A DNA stretch of 64,000 nucleotides from Blepharisma stoltei ATCC 30299 (GCA_965603825.1 CBFDEM010000062.1:62001-126000), one strand, 5' to 3'; positions 32,631 through 46,184 are shown, numbered from the stretch's first letter. Program-made: numbers and translations. The notes: a model not told the origin generated them from the sequence alone.

Positions 32631-34319
32631 ATGTCCTTCTCCAAAAGAACCCGAATTTCTCGCCATATAACGCAAATTGAGCTGTTTATCAGCTGCCAAA
32701 ATCTAAAAGATCTTCATACCTTTGGGCATTCTAACCCTCTCGTTGAAGTCTACATAAAGCACAACCACCAAGAAGAATGAGTAAAACTGGGTCAAACTGA
32801 AATGATAGAGGCTACCCAAAATCCAGATTTTTTAACAAGCTTTAAAATGAGTTTTACCTTTGAAGAACAAGTGTTTTTACGATTTAAAGCTTATGACATC
32901 CATCATTCTCGTCATGGACAAGCAGAAATTCATTATAATGATTATATAGGAGAAATTGAATGCAATTTAGGCCAAATAGTAGGAAATGTCAACAAAGAAA
33001 TAAAAAGAAACATAAAAAATCATCAACATGATGAGTATAGAGGAAGTATTATGATAAGAGTAGAAGAAGTTAAAGAAAATAATGACAGGGTTTTTATTCA
33101 GTTTGAGTCAGAAAATTTGGAAAATGTTTCAAGCTTTTTTGGGCATTTGACACCTTTTTTCTATCTTGGGCAATATATGGATAACGGGGAAATCCAAAGA
33201 TTTTATATGTCTGAGGTCAGAACTGGAAATGGGACATGGAAAATTGTCAATAAAACTATCCATGAATACTGTAACGGCGATTTAAACAGAAATATTTTAC
33301 TAGAAGTCTATGATCACCACCGAGGAGGTGACCATAAATTAATAGGAGTCGCCCATTTTACATTACAAGGCATTTTATCAGGCCTTACCAGCGATTTAAA
33401 CTTACTAAATCCGCATGACAAAAGTAAGCATTCTCAAGGAAAATTTCTAATAGGCAACGTCAGAAGGGCCAAAATTCCAAGTTTTCTTGACTATTTATCA
33501 GGAGGGCTCGAAATTACTGTAAATTTTGCTATTGATTTTACAAGCTCAAATGGAGACCCTTCAAGCCCTGAATCTTTGCATTATCTCGACCCCCGCGGGC
33601 ACAATCACTATGAGTCCGCCATTTTTGCTATCTCAGAATTCCTATTAAATTACAATAACAGTAAATCAATCCCTGTATATGGCTTTGGTGCCGAAATAGA
33701 AGGGTCACTAAATCAATGTTTTCCCTTAACTTTTGACGCTGGAAATCCTACAGCAAATGGTGTAGAAGAACTTTTAAATTCTTATAGAAACGCTCTATAC
33801 CAAGTATCACTCAGTGGGCCGACATATTTTAGCCCTATTATAAGAGAAGTTGTAATAGAGGCTGAGAGGATCCATGAGTCCCAGCTGTGCCAAAGGTATG
33901 ATTTATTGGTCATTTTGACTGATGGGGATCCTAATGATATGCAAGATACAATTGATTGGATTGTAAGAGGATCGTATGCCCCTTTATCAATTGTTATTGT
34001 AGGGATTGGGAGTGATTATTTTGAAAATGTAGAGGTTCTAGGAGCAGATGATAAGCAGCCGCTAATAGATAGTGATGGGAGACAGGAGGAAAGAGATATA
34101 GTGGAGTTTATTCATTATAGAGAAGTTGACCATTCTCCTACAGCACTTTGTCAGGCAATTCTTAGTAAATTGCCTAATGAAATTGTAGCTTTCTTTCATA
34201 AGAGAGGAATATTTCCTAATGTCGAGAATAATAGTGCGAGAAATAAAGAGAAAAGCGAATCTCCTCAAGAAGCCCATCACCACCATCATAGAAATCATCA
34301 ATATAAAGTTGATAAATAA
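32631..34319 (+). CDS. Copine (C2-C2-vWA), 562 aa
   Basis: ATG 32631 via TGA=Trp; SFLDYL.GG, AIDFT.SNG.P..P.SLHY, LSGPT.F.P, ILTDG, PLSIVIVGIG. Confidence 0.93.
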
Positions 34320-34588
34320 AGTGAGATTTATCATTTGCATTTTCCATTTTTAATATAGTTGTTTTGGTCTGAATACTCTAAAATATTTAACATTTTAAGA
34401 CTATCTTTATTTTATTTTTTCGTAGAGGTATACGAAACTCAAAAGATATGCAAATCTCAGTAATTTTTCAAAAAAAAGAGATTAATCGACAATTTAAACC
34501 CATTATCTTTTTTAATCATTAAATGCCGCCCATTATTATATTTATTTTACTATGCTTTAAAGAAAGAATCTATTATTTTTTGCTTCTA

Positions 34589-37500
34589 TTAGCTTTTCGC
34601 AAATTCCAAATTATGCTCAATGATGCGCACAATAGAAGGTATAACAGCTTCTGCCAAATCAGTCATTTTATCTAAAGATATCATTTCCATATTTTCTCCA
34701 TACTCTTCTTTAAAAAGAGCTCCTGTTTTGTTTAAAATCTCGCTGAGTTTCACTAGTTTTACTATTGCTCCTTGAGATTTAATGCCTTTCAATAAAGACC
34801 TTCAATTATGTCCACAAGGACAGCCTTCAGGATATTTTGTATTTATATGAAAGTCTCTGCCTTGGGGACAATCATCTCCTATTATAAAGTAAATTTTAGA
34901 TGCTTCAGGTCTTCACTGGAGACGGTACGCATTATAAATCCCATCAATCATTGCTTCCCCTAATTCTGGGCCTCCTCCACTAGCTATAAGTCTATTTAAA
35001 AACTGAACTGAATCTTCTTGATCGAAATTATTCAGTTTTCCGGAAGGTGGATATATAGTTACTGGATTCATAGGATCAAGCCCACCACTTTCTCCATGAT
35101 CAGTATACCCAACAATTGCAAATTTTGTTGAAACGCTTCTTGACATGCGTTGGCTTATCACAGATTTAATAATTCTTTTGACTTCTGGAAATATATCGCT
35201 CATTGATCCAGTACGATCCAGCACAAAGCATATATCATAATCAAACGGCACATAATGGCGGCAGGGAAAATTATGATCTGCATACTTATCTGAAAAAGAA
35301 TGGTATATTTTGTTTTCACAATAAACTATGTCTTTATGCTCAGCGTTACCGCAAATTGCATTGCATTTACTGAATGATTGCTGAGCTTTAGGATTTTTAG
35401 CTTCTATTGGAGGCTGCCAATTATGGTGTTGCCAGTATGTACTGCATTCAAGAAGATCATATTCGACGTGCGTGTCTGGGTAGTATATGTCCTTTGAATG
35501 GACTGCTAAGCCATTCTTAGTTTTTTCATAGCATCTTTTACCTCCTGGACACTTTAAAGGATGTGAATGGCCTCTGCCTTTTCTTTGGCAGCTTATATCG
35601 CAGAATTCAGGATAAGCAATTTCTCCTGCTTTGAATTTTCTTGTGGCTTTTTGCGATGGTCCTTCGGTCAAATCTTCGTACTCAAAAGTCTCAGCTTTGG
35701 AGAGATAAATGCATTTTTCCTTATTTCTGTGAGTTGGAGTTGAATGCAAGCCTTCATGTCCAACCTCCTTATTGCAATAAGCATCACAGTCTGGGCATTT
35801 TTCTTGACATTTGTGTTTTTTGCAATCATGAGCTCCTGTATGAGAAGTTTTAAATTTAGGAATCGGAATTGCACAAGCACAAGTTTTGAAGCATTGAGAA
35901 GTATAAAGATAAGTGAATCTATTATACTCATTATCAAAAAATCTAGTGCTTTTTTTAATTTCAACTTCACAATTATTTCTTTCGCATTTTTTACCACATA
36001 CATGCTCATTATTGCAGATGTGAACTTGCTTGCGGGATTGGCCTTCTTGAGGGAATTCAATCTCTTTACCAACTTGATTTACAAATTTAATAAAAAATAA
36101 AATATATTTTATTAAGTTTGCTAAGATTAATTTTTACCACAAAAGATATTCTTTGATGGTATTTTTCTAGAATTTTCGGTAAGTGAATGAAAATGGTTTT
36201 TACTTGCACAAGTCATTCCACACTCTGGAAATTCACACCGAATTGGGCAGTTTTCCTGTCCACAATTGTGAGCTTATGAGGTTTTAAGCAATCTATCTCA
36301 CATTTTCTCCCACAATAAGCATACATCTCGCAATTTTTCCCGCATGGGTGCTTTAATTTCCCGCATTTGTGCTCTCCAAGATGATTACGGCTTTCTATAC
36401 ATTTTTCTTTACAAATCTCAAACAATCTGCATTTATGCATGCATGGATTTTTTTTCTCTTTGCATTTATGATCTCCGTTATGGCCAGCATCGTATGCACA
36501 AAGTTTTGAAATTTCCCATACTTTACAATCAAATGGGCATTTATGGTCAGTTGAGCAGTCACATTGACTTTTATGATTTAAATTCTTTATACAGAATCTT
36601 TCACATTGACTGCATTTTCTCCTGCATTTATAATGCTGACTTACTATTTTGTCGATATCTCTTTTTATTGCAACAATTTCGCTATTAGTGGATTGCATTA
36701 ATTCTGTTGACTGAGGCAGACTTTCATAAATATAATTTAACATTTCTTTTCTTCAGACATCGAAATAGCTTTTAATAAGTACGTCAATGCACGAATACCA
36801 GTCATTATGGTAAAACTTTCTCTCTTCCTTGGAAGTTATCTTCTTAAGAATTTTTATGAATGGTTTTAAAGGCTCTTTAGTATTAAGGGTAATTGAGTTT
36901 ATTCGGATGCAAATTTCTATCTCCCTGCCTAAAAATACTAATCTACAATCTAGCAGAACTTCTGATTTTAAGACGTGGTTTGAATTAGCTGGATCATTGA
37001 TTATTTCTTTAAAATGGTTTTTCAAAGCTTCAATTGAGATCTGAGATGCTCTTTCATCAACACTGGCACAGTCATCTGCATAAATTTGTGCAAGAACTAT
37101 CTTCATAGTCATTAGCAAATCTTTTCCAGACTTTCAGAGAATAGGTACATTTTGTATGTATTCTAGTTTACTATCCTCAACTACAGAATCAAATTTTTTG
37201 TTTTCATAATTATGGTAGCAAGAGAAGGTAAACCCTCAGCTGAATAATTTAAATAAAATATCAGCTTCACCTAAGCTTATCAAGTGACCTATATAACTTT
37301 GAAGCCCCTCTATTAGGATTTCTTTATCCTGATTTTCTCCTGCATCTCTAAGAGCTACTTCGAGTCTGCCTTTAAAGAGACTAGACCCTCTGAGCCTATC
37401 TATCCCAAGGGACAATTTATCAAAAAGGCATTCGAGATTTTTATCAAATTCCAAATCTTGATTCAAAATAGTAACATCAGCAATGGCTGATAAAAATAAG

Positions 37501-40500
37501 AAAAGCTTAATTTCTTCTTGAACTGTCCTTTCTGCTGAAAAAAAGCCTTCAGAATCAATAATGAGAAATAAGTTCCCACCGAGAGTGGCTAAAGATAGCC
37601 ATATGCCGTCAGTGCAACGGTGCGCGGCTACATCAAATCTTGTCCCAAAAATTCTATTAATCAGGTAGCTTTTTCCAGAGTTTTGCTTTCCTATAATTGT
37701 TATAACTCTCAGATTACTAGCTGAAGAGATCAGATTTTCTAAATGCCCCAATTTTATGTAATTTACGAAAGTCCCAATAAAACTGTTCCCGCTATCCAGC
37801 TCTTCAATTAAATTTTCAGTATTATTTAATCCATTTTGTAGAGGCATTAAATTTCCTTCTTGAATAGACGCCAAGTGCAGAGGCTGCCTTGTTAATATAA
37901 TTCAACTTAAATCCGTTTTTGAGATTTGCAGCCTGTTACTGATGCCTTCAAGTTTTTGATAATTCCCAGGATAAATCACCCCTTGATAACTTAATGACTC
38001 TTTTATAGTTGCTATAGATCTTATATATTGGTCTACTTCTAAGTTATTTTGATCATAGTAAATAAAAAAATCCTTTCTGCTATCCTCATTGTTGACTAAA
38101 TTAACTGTTTTCCCAAACTTCGCTAATGAATAATGGACAACATCAATAATTGGATATTCAGGGATATCTTTGGGCTTTGCAATCGCCTGACCTAACTCAA
38201 TGGACTTTCTTTCGCCTAAAATTTTATGCGCCTCAAATCTTACCTCTAAATCAAAAGTAATGACAGTATTAAACATTTTATTAGTAAGGCACTTAAAGCC
38301 AGCAGATATCGAGTTTATCCGAATTCTTTTCAAAAAATTAAAATTGATATCATAAAGTTCTATATCCATTTTCGTCTTTAATAAATATATAGTTTCGTCA
38401 TCTGAACATTTTATTTCTAGAAAACGCTCGCCAGATTGAGACTTGATGAAATCAACACTGTGGTTTGCTTGCATGACCTTAACAGGATGAAGCAATTTGT
38501 CATAGCTAAGCAGTTCCATGTAAAATAAACGCCCAACTTCGTTAAGTAAAAATACTCTAGGCGTTTTAGGTAAAATGCAAGCTGATACAACTTCTTTCAC
38601 ATGCATATACACTTTTAGTTCAGTTCCTTTAGTTATATATTTCTTCTGCTGAATAGCTCCAAAATATGCTTTTTTAATGCTATTTTGGAAGGCTACAAAT
38701 ATATTTGGGGTAGAACCTGAGGCAATAAGTAAATCGTTTTCCATCACAGATACCATGCTGATCTCGGAAGCATAATTTTGAGTAGGGTTAAATTGAACTA
38801 TCTGAGTTTGAAAGTTGTTGCTAAGTAAAAGATAAGCCATATCTTCAGAAAACGAAATAATTTCCATATTTATAAAATCTTCCTCAGCCATGTACTTATT
38901 TTCAATACCTGTGGACTCTATACATATTTCTGTTTCAGTCTGGATTATTTTTAAAGTTTCAAAACTATAAATATATTTCTTTTTCGAGTCAATTGAATTA
39001 TGAATAATTATTCTTGATTTAGTAAGTACATCATTTGTTAACCTTGTTGTAAGCTGTAGATATCAGGACTCAAGATCTTTATTTCAGTTGTTTATAAATT
39101 GAAGAGATATCTTTGAAGAGTCTTTTTTAGGATCAAAGCATTCTCTGATGCACTTTTTAAGCTCTTTTGATTTAGATTTAAGGCTTTTAAAATCAAATTT
39201 CTTTAATGCTTGATTGAGGTTTTTTAACTTCATATTAAACCTTGATAAAGAAGCCCTTTCTATTTTATATTTGCGTTTAAACTTGGAATTTAATTCATCC
39301 GCAAGCTGTTTGAATTTATTGTCAGCTATTTCTGTAATCATATCAAGGACTTCTCTATATAAATTTTTTATAGAAGCGCATACACCATCTGCATCATTTA
39401 AAGACCTCTCGCATGTATTTTTAAATGTCAAAAAGCAGCTTGCATCATCTATCGATTCTATAAAGGAATAGAGCCCATTGGATTCTATTGTATTACTTAT
39501 TATTTTGAACAATTTTTGAATTGCCTCATCAATTTTTTTCGTTTCAGTGTTTTTGTCTTGAAAAACTTTTTTTATTCTAAAAATGTGAAAATTTGTTAGG
39601 AAAATAGATGATTCGTCTCTATTATTTATTTTCTCAATAACTCTAACAACAGCGTCTTCTGTATCGGAAACCTCGACATTTTCTCCTTCAGGCTTGATAT
39701 TCACTCCTTCGCAAAGCTCTAAACTATGATTCTGCTCTCCTTCTATTTTTGGAGGATATCGGCTTCTCAATGCTTCCTGAGACGGGCAGCATATGACAGC
39801 CCCGCAAATATCAAAAAGTAGCCTTACAAAAATTAATTCTTTTGATTCTTGTGGATATGGCTTATTTATATAGATATTTGGATCTCTGCATTTAAAGTAT
39901 AAGCCCAACCTTCCCGAATCTTTATTGTAAAAGAAAACAATCCCCTCTTTAAGCGTTGAAATATCTTTATTGAGCCTACTTGCACTCAAATAGCTGCTGA
40001 GAAGCTCTAAACACTTATCCTCGCAGCCATAAACTCCAATAACTTCATTTTGCAAACTTAAGACATTTGCCAATTTTTCATAGCAACTGATATTTATTTG
40101 CCATTTATTAATAGTAAAATTTTGGATGTTATCAGCAATACTTTCAAATAATACTCCTTGTATAATATTTCGGTCATTACTGACATAGCATTCGAGGTTA
40201 TGTTCTTCGTAACTCTCGCTCACCTTGAGCAAGTCAAAATATTTGTTATCATCAATGCTTTCAGATGATACTTGGATAATATTTCGGTCATTACTGACAC
40301 AATGATTTCCTGGAATCCAGGGTTTGGGTTTATATAAAGAACCAATGATTTCATTGCTTAATGTTCCCCTGCCTGTATCACACTCAATTTTTTTTTCTTC
40401 GTAAGAATTTTCTTTCAGGCAACTGAGACATAGAATTGTTCTATTTTCTGAGACTCTGAACTTTTTCAAAGGACTCTTGCACCTGTCGCATAATATATAA

Positions 40501-40625
40501 GTCACATCATGATATGAATCGATGCTAACATGAATATCAGTGCATTTTAAACAAAGCCTTGTTTTATCGGCTTTGCACCAATAAATGCATGGATTCTCAC
40601 GGCACAGTGCACAAAAAAGTTCCAT
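34589..40625 (-). CDS. Giant B-box + GBP/atlastin-like GTPase + Cys/His repeats + vWA protein (~1990 aa)
   Basis: Seven ORFs join via TGA=Trp, removal of the 68 bp insert and one base added near 36274; GKQNSGKS, RCTDGIW, DSEG, LRD; DICFVLDRTGSM. Confidence 0.8.
36072..36139. mobile_element. IES-like insertion, 68 bp, TTTACCA direct repeats
   Basis: TTTACCA at 36065-36071 and 36133-36139; very AT-rich; excision gives FCGK|EIEFP in frame with the vWA ORF. Confidence 0.7.
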
Positions 40626-40661
40626 ATAATTATTATTAACTCAAATAAAAATTTAGATATG

Positions 40662-40892
40662 CACTATTTTTAATTCTTTCTACAATTTTTCTTATTAAAT
40701 TACTATTAAAATTTGAACAAAAAAGAAGATTGGATAATATCAACTATTTTTAATTCTTCTATAATTTTTACTATTAAATTGCCTGTAAAATTTGAACAAA
40801 GAGATTGGATAAATCCACTATTTTTAATTCTTTCTATAATTTTTATTATTTAATTGCTATTAAAATTTGAACAAAAAAGAAGATAGGATAAT
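40662..40892. repeat. Three tandem ~77 bp repeats upstream of the giant GTPase gene
   Basis: ACTATTTTTAATTC...AAAATTTGAACAAAA...GAT.GGATAA x3. Confidence 0.85.
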
Positions 40893-43462
40893 TATTTGGA
40901 ACTTTTATATAAAAATAAATATATTTAGCAATTATACAGGCATTAATTCATTGTAAAATTGATTTCATTCAAATAATTGTATAGCATATATAATAAGCTA
41001 ATTAATAAAATATCTAAGTATATTTTTCGTGGTTCATTCATTAAATAATTAAGCCCTAGCCGCTCTAATTTCTTTAGGAATTTTGTTGGAAAATTTATAA
41101 TAACTTATTATGTCTTTTTTGTAATAGACTCGCGAGCCATCCAAAATTTATTGATATGATAGATGATAAAGCCTAAATAGTGGTTGATGCAGATTTTTAA
41201 CTTTAAAAATAGATTAAGATAAATAAATCAAGCTATTCCTATATAAAGCGCTTCTATATAAATCTAAAAGCATAAATATCGTATAGCAAATATTTACTTT
41301 TAATTATATATCAGCTTTTTATTAAAAAATTAAAATTTAAATTTACATTATTTATGGTCTTCCACTTAATAACTTTAGTAGGCCTTTCATAAACAAATAG
41401 TGAGACTGACAGGATACAAATTATAGCCTTATCAAGATACCAAAGGCTTTGGATAGCAAACCCAAATATAGAATATTGCATCCCATACAAAAAATAAATT
41501 TCTCCGACCACAAATCTTATATGCATAAAATATTCCAATCCTCAGTATAGATTCTGGATTTTAATTGCAAGATAGTTCTTTATCAGTTAGAGCCTTTCCT
41601 AAACCAAAGAAAACTCATTTATTAGGTTTTCTAATATTTAAGTGCAAGTGTATAAACATTTCCCGCACATAATGGTGCTTTTGCGCCAAAAGTTTGGAAG
41701 TGCTTATCCTGTCAATTCTGAAAGGAGTTGCAGTATGAGAGGAGATTTTGCGTCAGCGGTAGTCTCTTCGGTGCTGAATCCATGGAGTGCAGGAGTTGAA
41801 GCGAAGATGGAAGCATGGTGCAATGGACGATGGCATGGAGACAGCACATGATGATCCAAAATGTTAAAAAATGTTAAAAATTGAAGACACTGAAGAAAAT
41901 GAAGTTTTAGTGAACCTTGAAGATACCTAAATTGTCAATTGAGTTGATGCTAGAGTTGTAGCTGGATCTAATGCTGCAGTAATGCTGGTGTTTTTTCCTG
42001 GAATCGTTGATATTGTTGTCACTACATTGATGATGCTGCAAAAGACTTATTGATTTTAATTATGAGAAATAAAAACTAAAGGCACCTCGGGTGCGATAGA
42101 GCATAATTTATTATTATTATTAATATTTAAGCGCAAGTGTATTTCGGTTCAGCCAATGATCTCAAGAGTGGTTAGATCTTTAAATTCGTATTTATATTTT
42201 AAAACCCTATGCATTTACTTTGCGAATAAAGATGATTTGGCTAGCAAATGCTATTCTACATTCCTTCATGCAGCATGTTGAAGGGCAATTTGACCGTCAG
42301 CAGTCATGAAGCTGATGATCCTCTAATTTTGATAGAACAAGGGTTAATATTTTTAAAATTTATAGATAGACACTATCAAAGAAAAGTTGATGATATTGAA
42401 AACAATCACAGAAAACTGATGTCACTTGTAAATACATTGTATATTTTTGGATTTACCAGGAGGTAGATGAAGTTTTTAAAGAAAAGCATATTGAACTAGC
42501 TTCGCTTTTTATTTTTCTTAAGATCTTACTCTCGGATAAGGGAATGTGATGAAATGGCTCTTCTTCAAATTTAGCCTTCCTAAACTTGAAAATAAAATGC
42601 TTTTTGATTCTGAGTTCACGAAAAGAGAATCTAATAATAGTTGGAGATTTTGAACTAATATTTTATAGAGAATCAGCTGTATGAACAGTCAGTAAACCTT
42701 CTATGGAAGTTGACCTAGAAGAAAGAAATTCTATAGATATAAAGACTTGTGTATATTCTTATGACTATTAGCTTTTCGTTTGATGATATTTTGCTTATAG
42801 TGAACCCATTAAAGTATATATATTAATAAAAATGTTAAATATAATTATAATAGCAACCGAGTATAAAGATAAACAATAAGGCAGAGAATAATAAGAAGTT
42901 TTTATTGTATCTGACATATAAATTGCTGTAAAAATTGTCCCTCCAGAAGAGAAGGCAGTATCCTTAAAAATTTCGCACAAGGCAAGCACAATCCTCCCGC
43001 AGTTAAAACTTGCTTATCAATATATGCTACAATATTTAGTTTACTCTTAACGTCCAAATCAGAACTGCTTAAAACAACCCACCTCCACTTTTTGTGAGCA
43101 AAAGGTTTTTAAGCATTTTTTGGCTATGTTCTTCGAAATTAATAAAATACAGTTTCCTTGCTAATTTCATTACTTTTTGATAATTCTTATAAACAATTTT
43201 ATCATATTCTCTGATAAATCCTTATCTAAATCAATTTTACCAGCTTTGATTGTAAAAATCAATATATTTGCACTATGGATCTTAAATAATTCATTTATTA
43301 TATCAATTTAACAATATGTCACTATTTTATTTGTGGAAAAATTAATTATAGCAATTCCTATTTTTACAAAAAATTAATTTATAGCCCTAAACACTTATTA
43401 ATATTTTAAATATTTTCTCTACCCTTTAAGCTTTAAGAGACAATTAAAAAACTAACTTTACG

Positions 43463-44023
43463 TTAGAAATTTAAGATCCAAACCCAAACGCATAAAAGCG
43501 CCCAGTTTAATTGAACTCCCCAGCCACTATCAAAGCAGACCTTTTCCGAAATGAGGATTGTATAATTTTCGAAATACGGGGGTTTTACTTCATCGAAGAA
43601 CTCATAAGCGTTATCCCACTCCAAGCTTGGGATAACAGTTTGAGGATTTGCTCTCCAATAAGTATACATCCCACAGTTATCGTATTTTTTAGTTCGCTTA
43701 CTTAAATCTCCTCCTCATATATCTTCGGCGTAGCCCTTACATAGTGTTACTGTCATGTTTGCCTCGTCGGTATGTTTGCCTTGGGATGGATGACACCCAA
43801 AGCAAAAATAATCCTCCATTCAACCGTATTCTCGTTGACACTGATCAGGGAAAATTTGTCCATATACAGACTGAATATGTTGGTCATGAGCTGAAACACA
43901 GCAGGATGACCCATTCTGTCTGTAACATTTAACTAGAGATGGGTTTGGATCTCTGGAATCTGATCCAGGGAGAAGTGTGCAATTATAGGCGAAAACAGCG
44001 CCTATAAGTAAAATCAGAAACAT
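43463..44023 (-). CDS. Cys-rich secreted/GPI protein, folate-receptor-like (186 aa)
   Basis: Joined through two TGA; C..Y...SCC, C..C.P, LC...A..W; signal peptide and hydrophobic tail. Confidence 0.7.
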
Positions 44024-44166
44024 ATTTTTATATAAGTTTAAATTGATTTCCTTGCTGTTACATTTGAGAAAAGCCTAAAAATTCAGCATTCAATATCGAT
44101 AAAAATCAACTGAAATTGACACGTATTTTTTTAAAACAAATAGTAAAATAATGATCATAATAAAGT

Positions 44167-45075
44167 ATGAAGAAACTTGACCTATTCACAAAAACTAATC
44201 CAGACATTGCCAGGCAAACAGTGCTAGGAGGTATTTTTACAATCTTTGCATTTTCTTCCATGCTTTTACTTTTTCTATTTGAGCTGGATTCTTTCAAATA
44301 TCCATCCATTTCTAAACAAATTACAATTGTCCCTACAGAACTAGCCAAGGTTGTTAACATTTCTATTGATATAACGATACCCAAATCTCCCTGCCTATTA
44401 CTCACAGTAGATTGACAAGATATAATTGGATCTTATGAAGAAGATTGCAAATCTATACACAAGGATAGGATAGACGAAGAAGGCAAAAATATTCCTGGCA
44501 TCTTAAATCTAACATATGAAAATATAGAAAATGCTGTAGAGGACTTAGAAGGATGCCACATATGAGGCACAATCCCAGTACTGACTGTCCCAGGGAATTT
44601 TCATATAGGTTTTCATGCGCATGAAAACCTATTACATAGCCTGCCTAGTGATATTTTATCTGAGCTTTCCCTAGAACACACAATAAATTCCATTCAAATA
44701 GGTGACGAAAAGTGGAACGAAAAAATTGGAAAATATTTCAATAACAGTGAGATAAAAATGAAAAAATATTTTAAAGAAACCTTTGAGGAAGAGGAGCTTG
44801 GATTTAGGCATGAGCATGTGATGAAAATAACACCTGTGCAATATGAAGCTGAAAATGAAATATATAATTTTTATGAGTTTTCAATGAATTCTTTGTCAAG
44901 TAGGTCGAGCTCAGAAGTTAGCACGATTTATTATAGATATGATTTTGATTGTATTTCAATGAAATACTCAATAGAAGAGAAATTTACTTCGCAGTTTATT
45001 ATCACACTTTGCTCGATTTTGGGTGGTATTTTTTCATTAATCAGCTTTATAGATATACTAATAGATAAAAATTAA
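44167..45075 (+). CDS. ERGIC/Erv41-Erv46 family protein (302 aa)
   Basis: LDLF.K, GGIFT, PC..LTVD, EGC.IWG.IPV..VPGNFHI, LCSILGGIF. Confidence 0.9.
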
Positions 45076-45308
45076 AAAATTATCATCCATAACTAAGAGG
45101 AAATTCTGTGGAAATGATTAATTTTTTTTTTAAAAATCGCTTAATTTTCATTTCTTTTTGATTTAGGCATCATCTAGCATTTTTATATAAATTATTATAG
45201 CTTAAAATGAACTGGTGGCTGAATTTTACCTTGCTAATAAAACGTTTAAAACGGATAATTTACCAAAATTGACTAATAAAAAATTTCATCCCATAATTAT
45301 TTTAAATT

Positions 45309-46184
45309 ATGGACACAACAACTCTCGTAAATGAATTTGTCAAAGCTTTTTACGAAGAAGATTTCGAAAAAGAACTTGATCTTTACTATCAAATCGGTAA
45401 CATCTATTTAGACTCTCAACTTAGAACCAATCTAGATCTTAAACTCCTCTTGCGTAATAATAATGAATATCAGCATTTTTCTCAAGAAATGGATGATGTA
45501 AGCTTATTACTGGGCTACCTCATCGATGAAGAGGATTGAGAGACAATTGCGGAGAAAAATGAGATATCAGTATCAACAAAAAGAAAAGGAGAAGATTTTT
45601 TTATTAAATGTCAAGCAACAATTCATTGTCCTGCAATTAATTTATTTGCAATTTTACGAGAGGTTGACTTGCTTCCTTCATGAATCCACACTGTAAAAAA
45701 CAGTGAAGTTTTATTTGATCCTAGGGAAAACAGAAGATTGCTGAGATATCAATATGACCTGCCATGGCCACTGGTGAATAGAGAAAGTATTTTAGCTGCA
45801 AAATATATCCCTATGGAAGAGCTGAGGTCTATTTTAATTGTAATGGGAAGCCCTAGACATTCAGATTATCTTGGATTTACGTTGCCAAGTCCAGAGAAAA
45901 AAACAAGAATGACGATACCACTGGGAGGAACACTTTTAAAAGCGACAGAAAATAATGAATGTGAAATTATGTTTTTTAGCAAAACTAACACAGCAGTGGT
46001 ATTTTTTATATAGAAATTTATACCAAAAGCGATTTTAAATTACATTACAAAAAGCATGTTTTTTAATATGATGTCAGAATTAAAAAATCAAGCTGAAAAG
46101 TTTGATAGCGGGATTTATTTTGACAGGGTAAAAGAGAAACAAGAGTTTTATGAGAGAATGAAAGCTATTTTCCATGAGGATTAA
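45309..46184 (+). CDS. START-domain lipid-binding protein (286 aa)
   Basis: EVDL..SWI, LPWPL.NRE; TGA=Trp twice; intron 45999-46013. Confidence 0.8.
45999..46013 (+). other. 15-nt intron GTATTTTTTATATAG
   Basis: Removal adds START C-terminal helix (FIPKAILNY). Confidence 0.88.
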
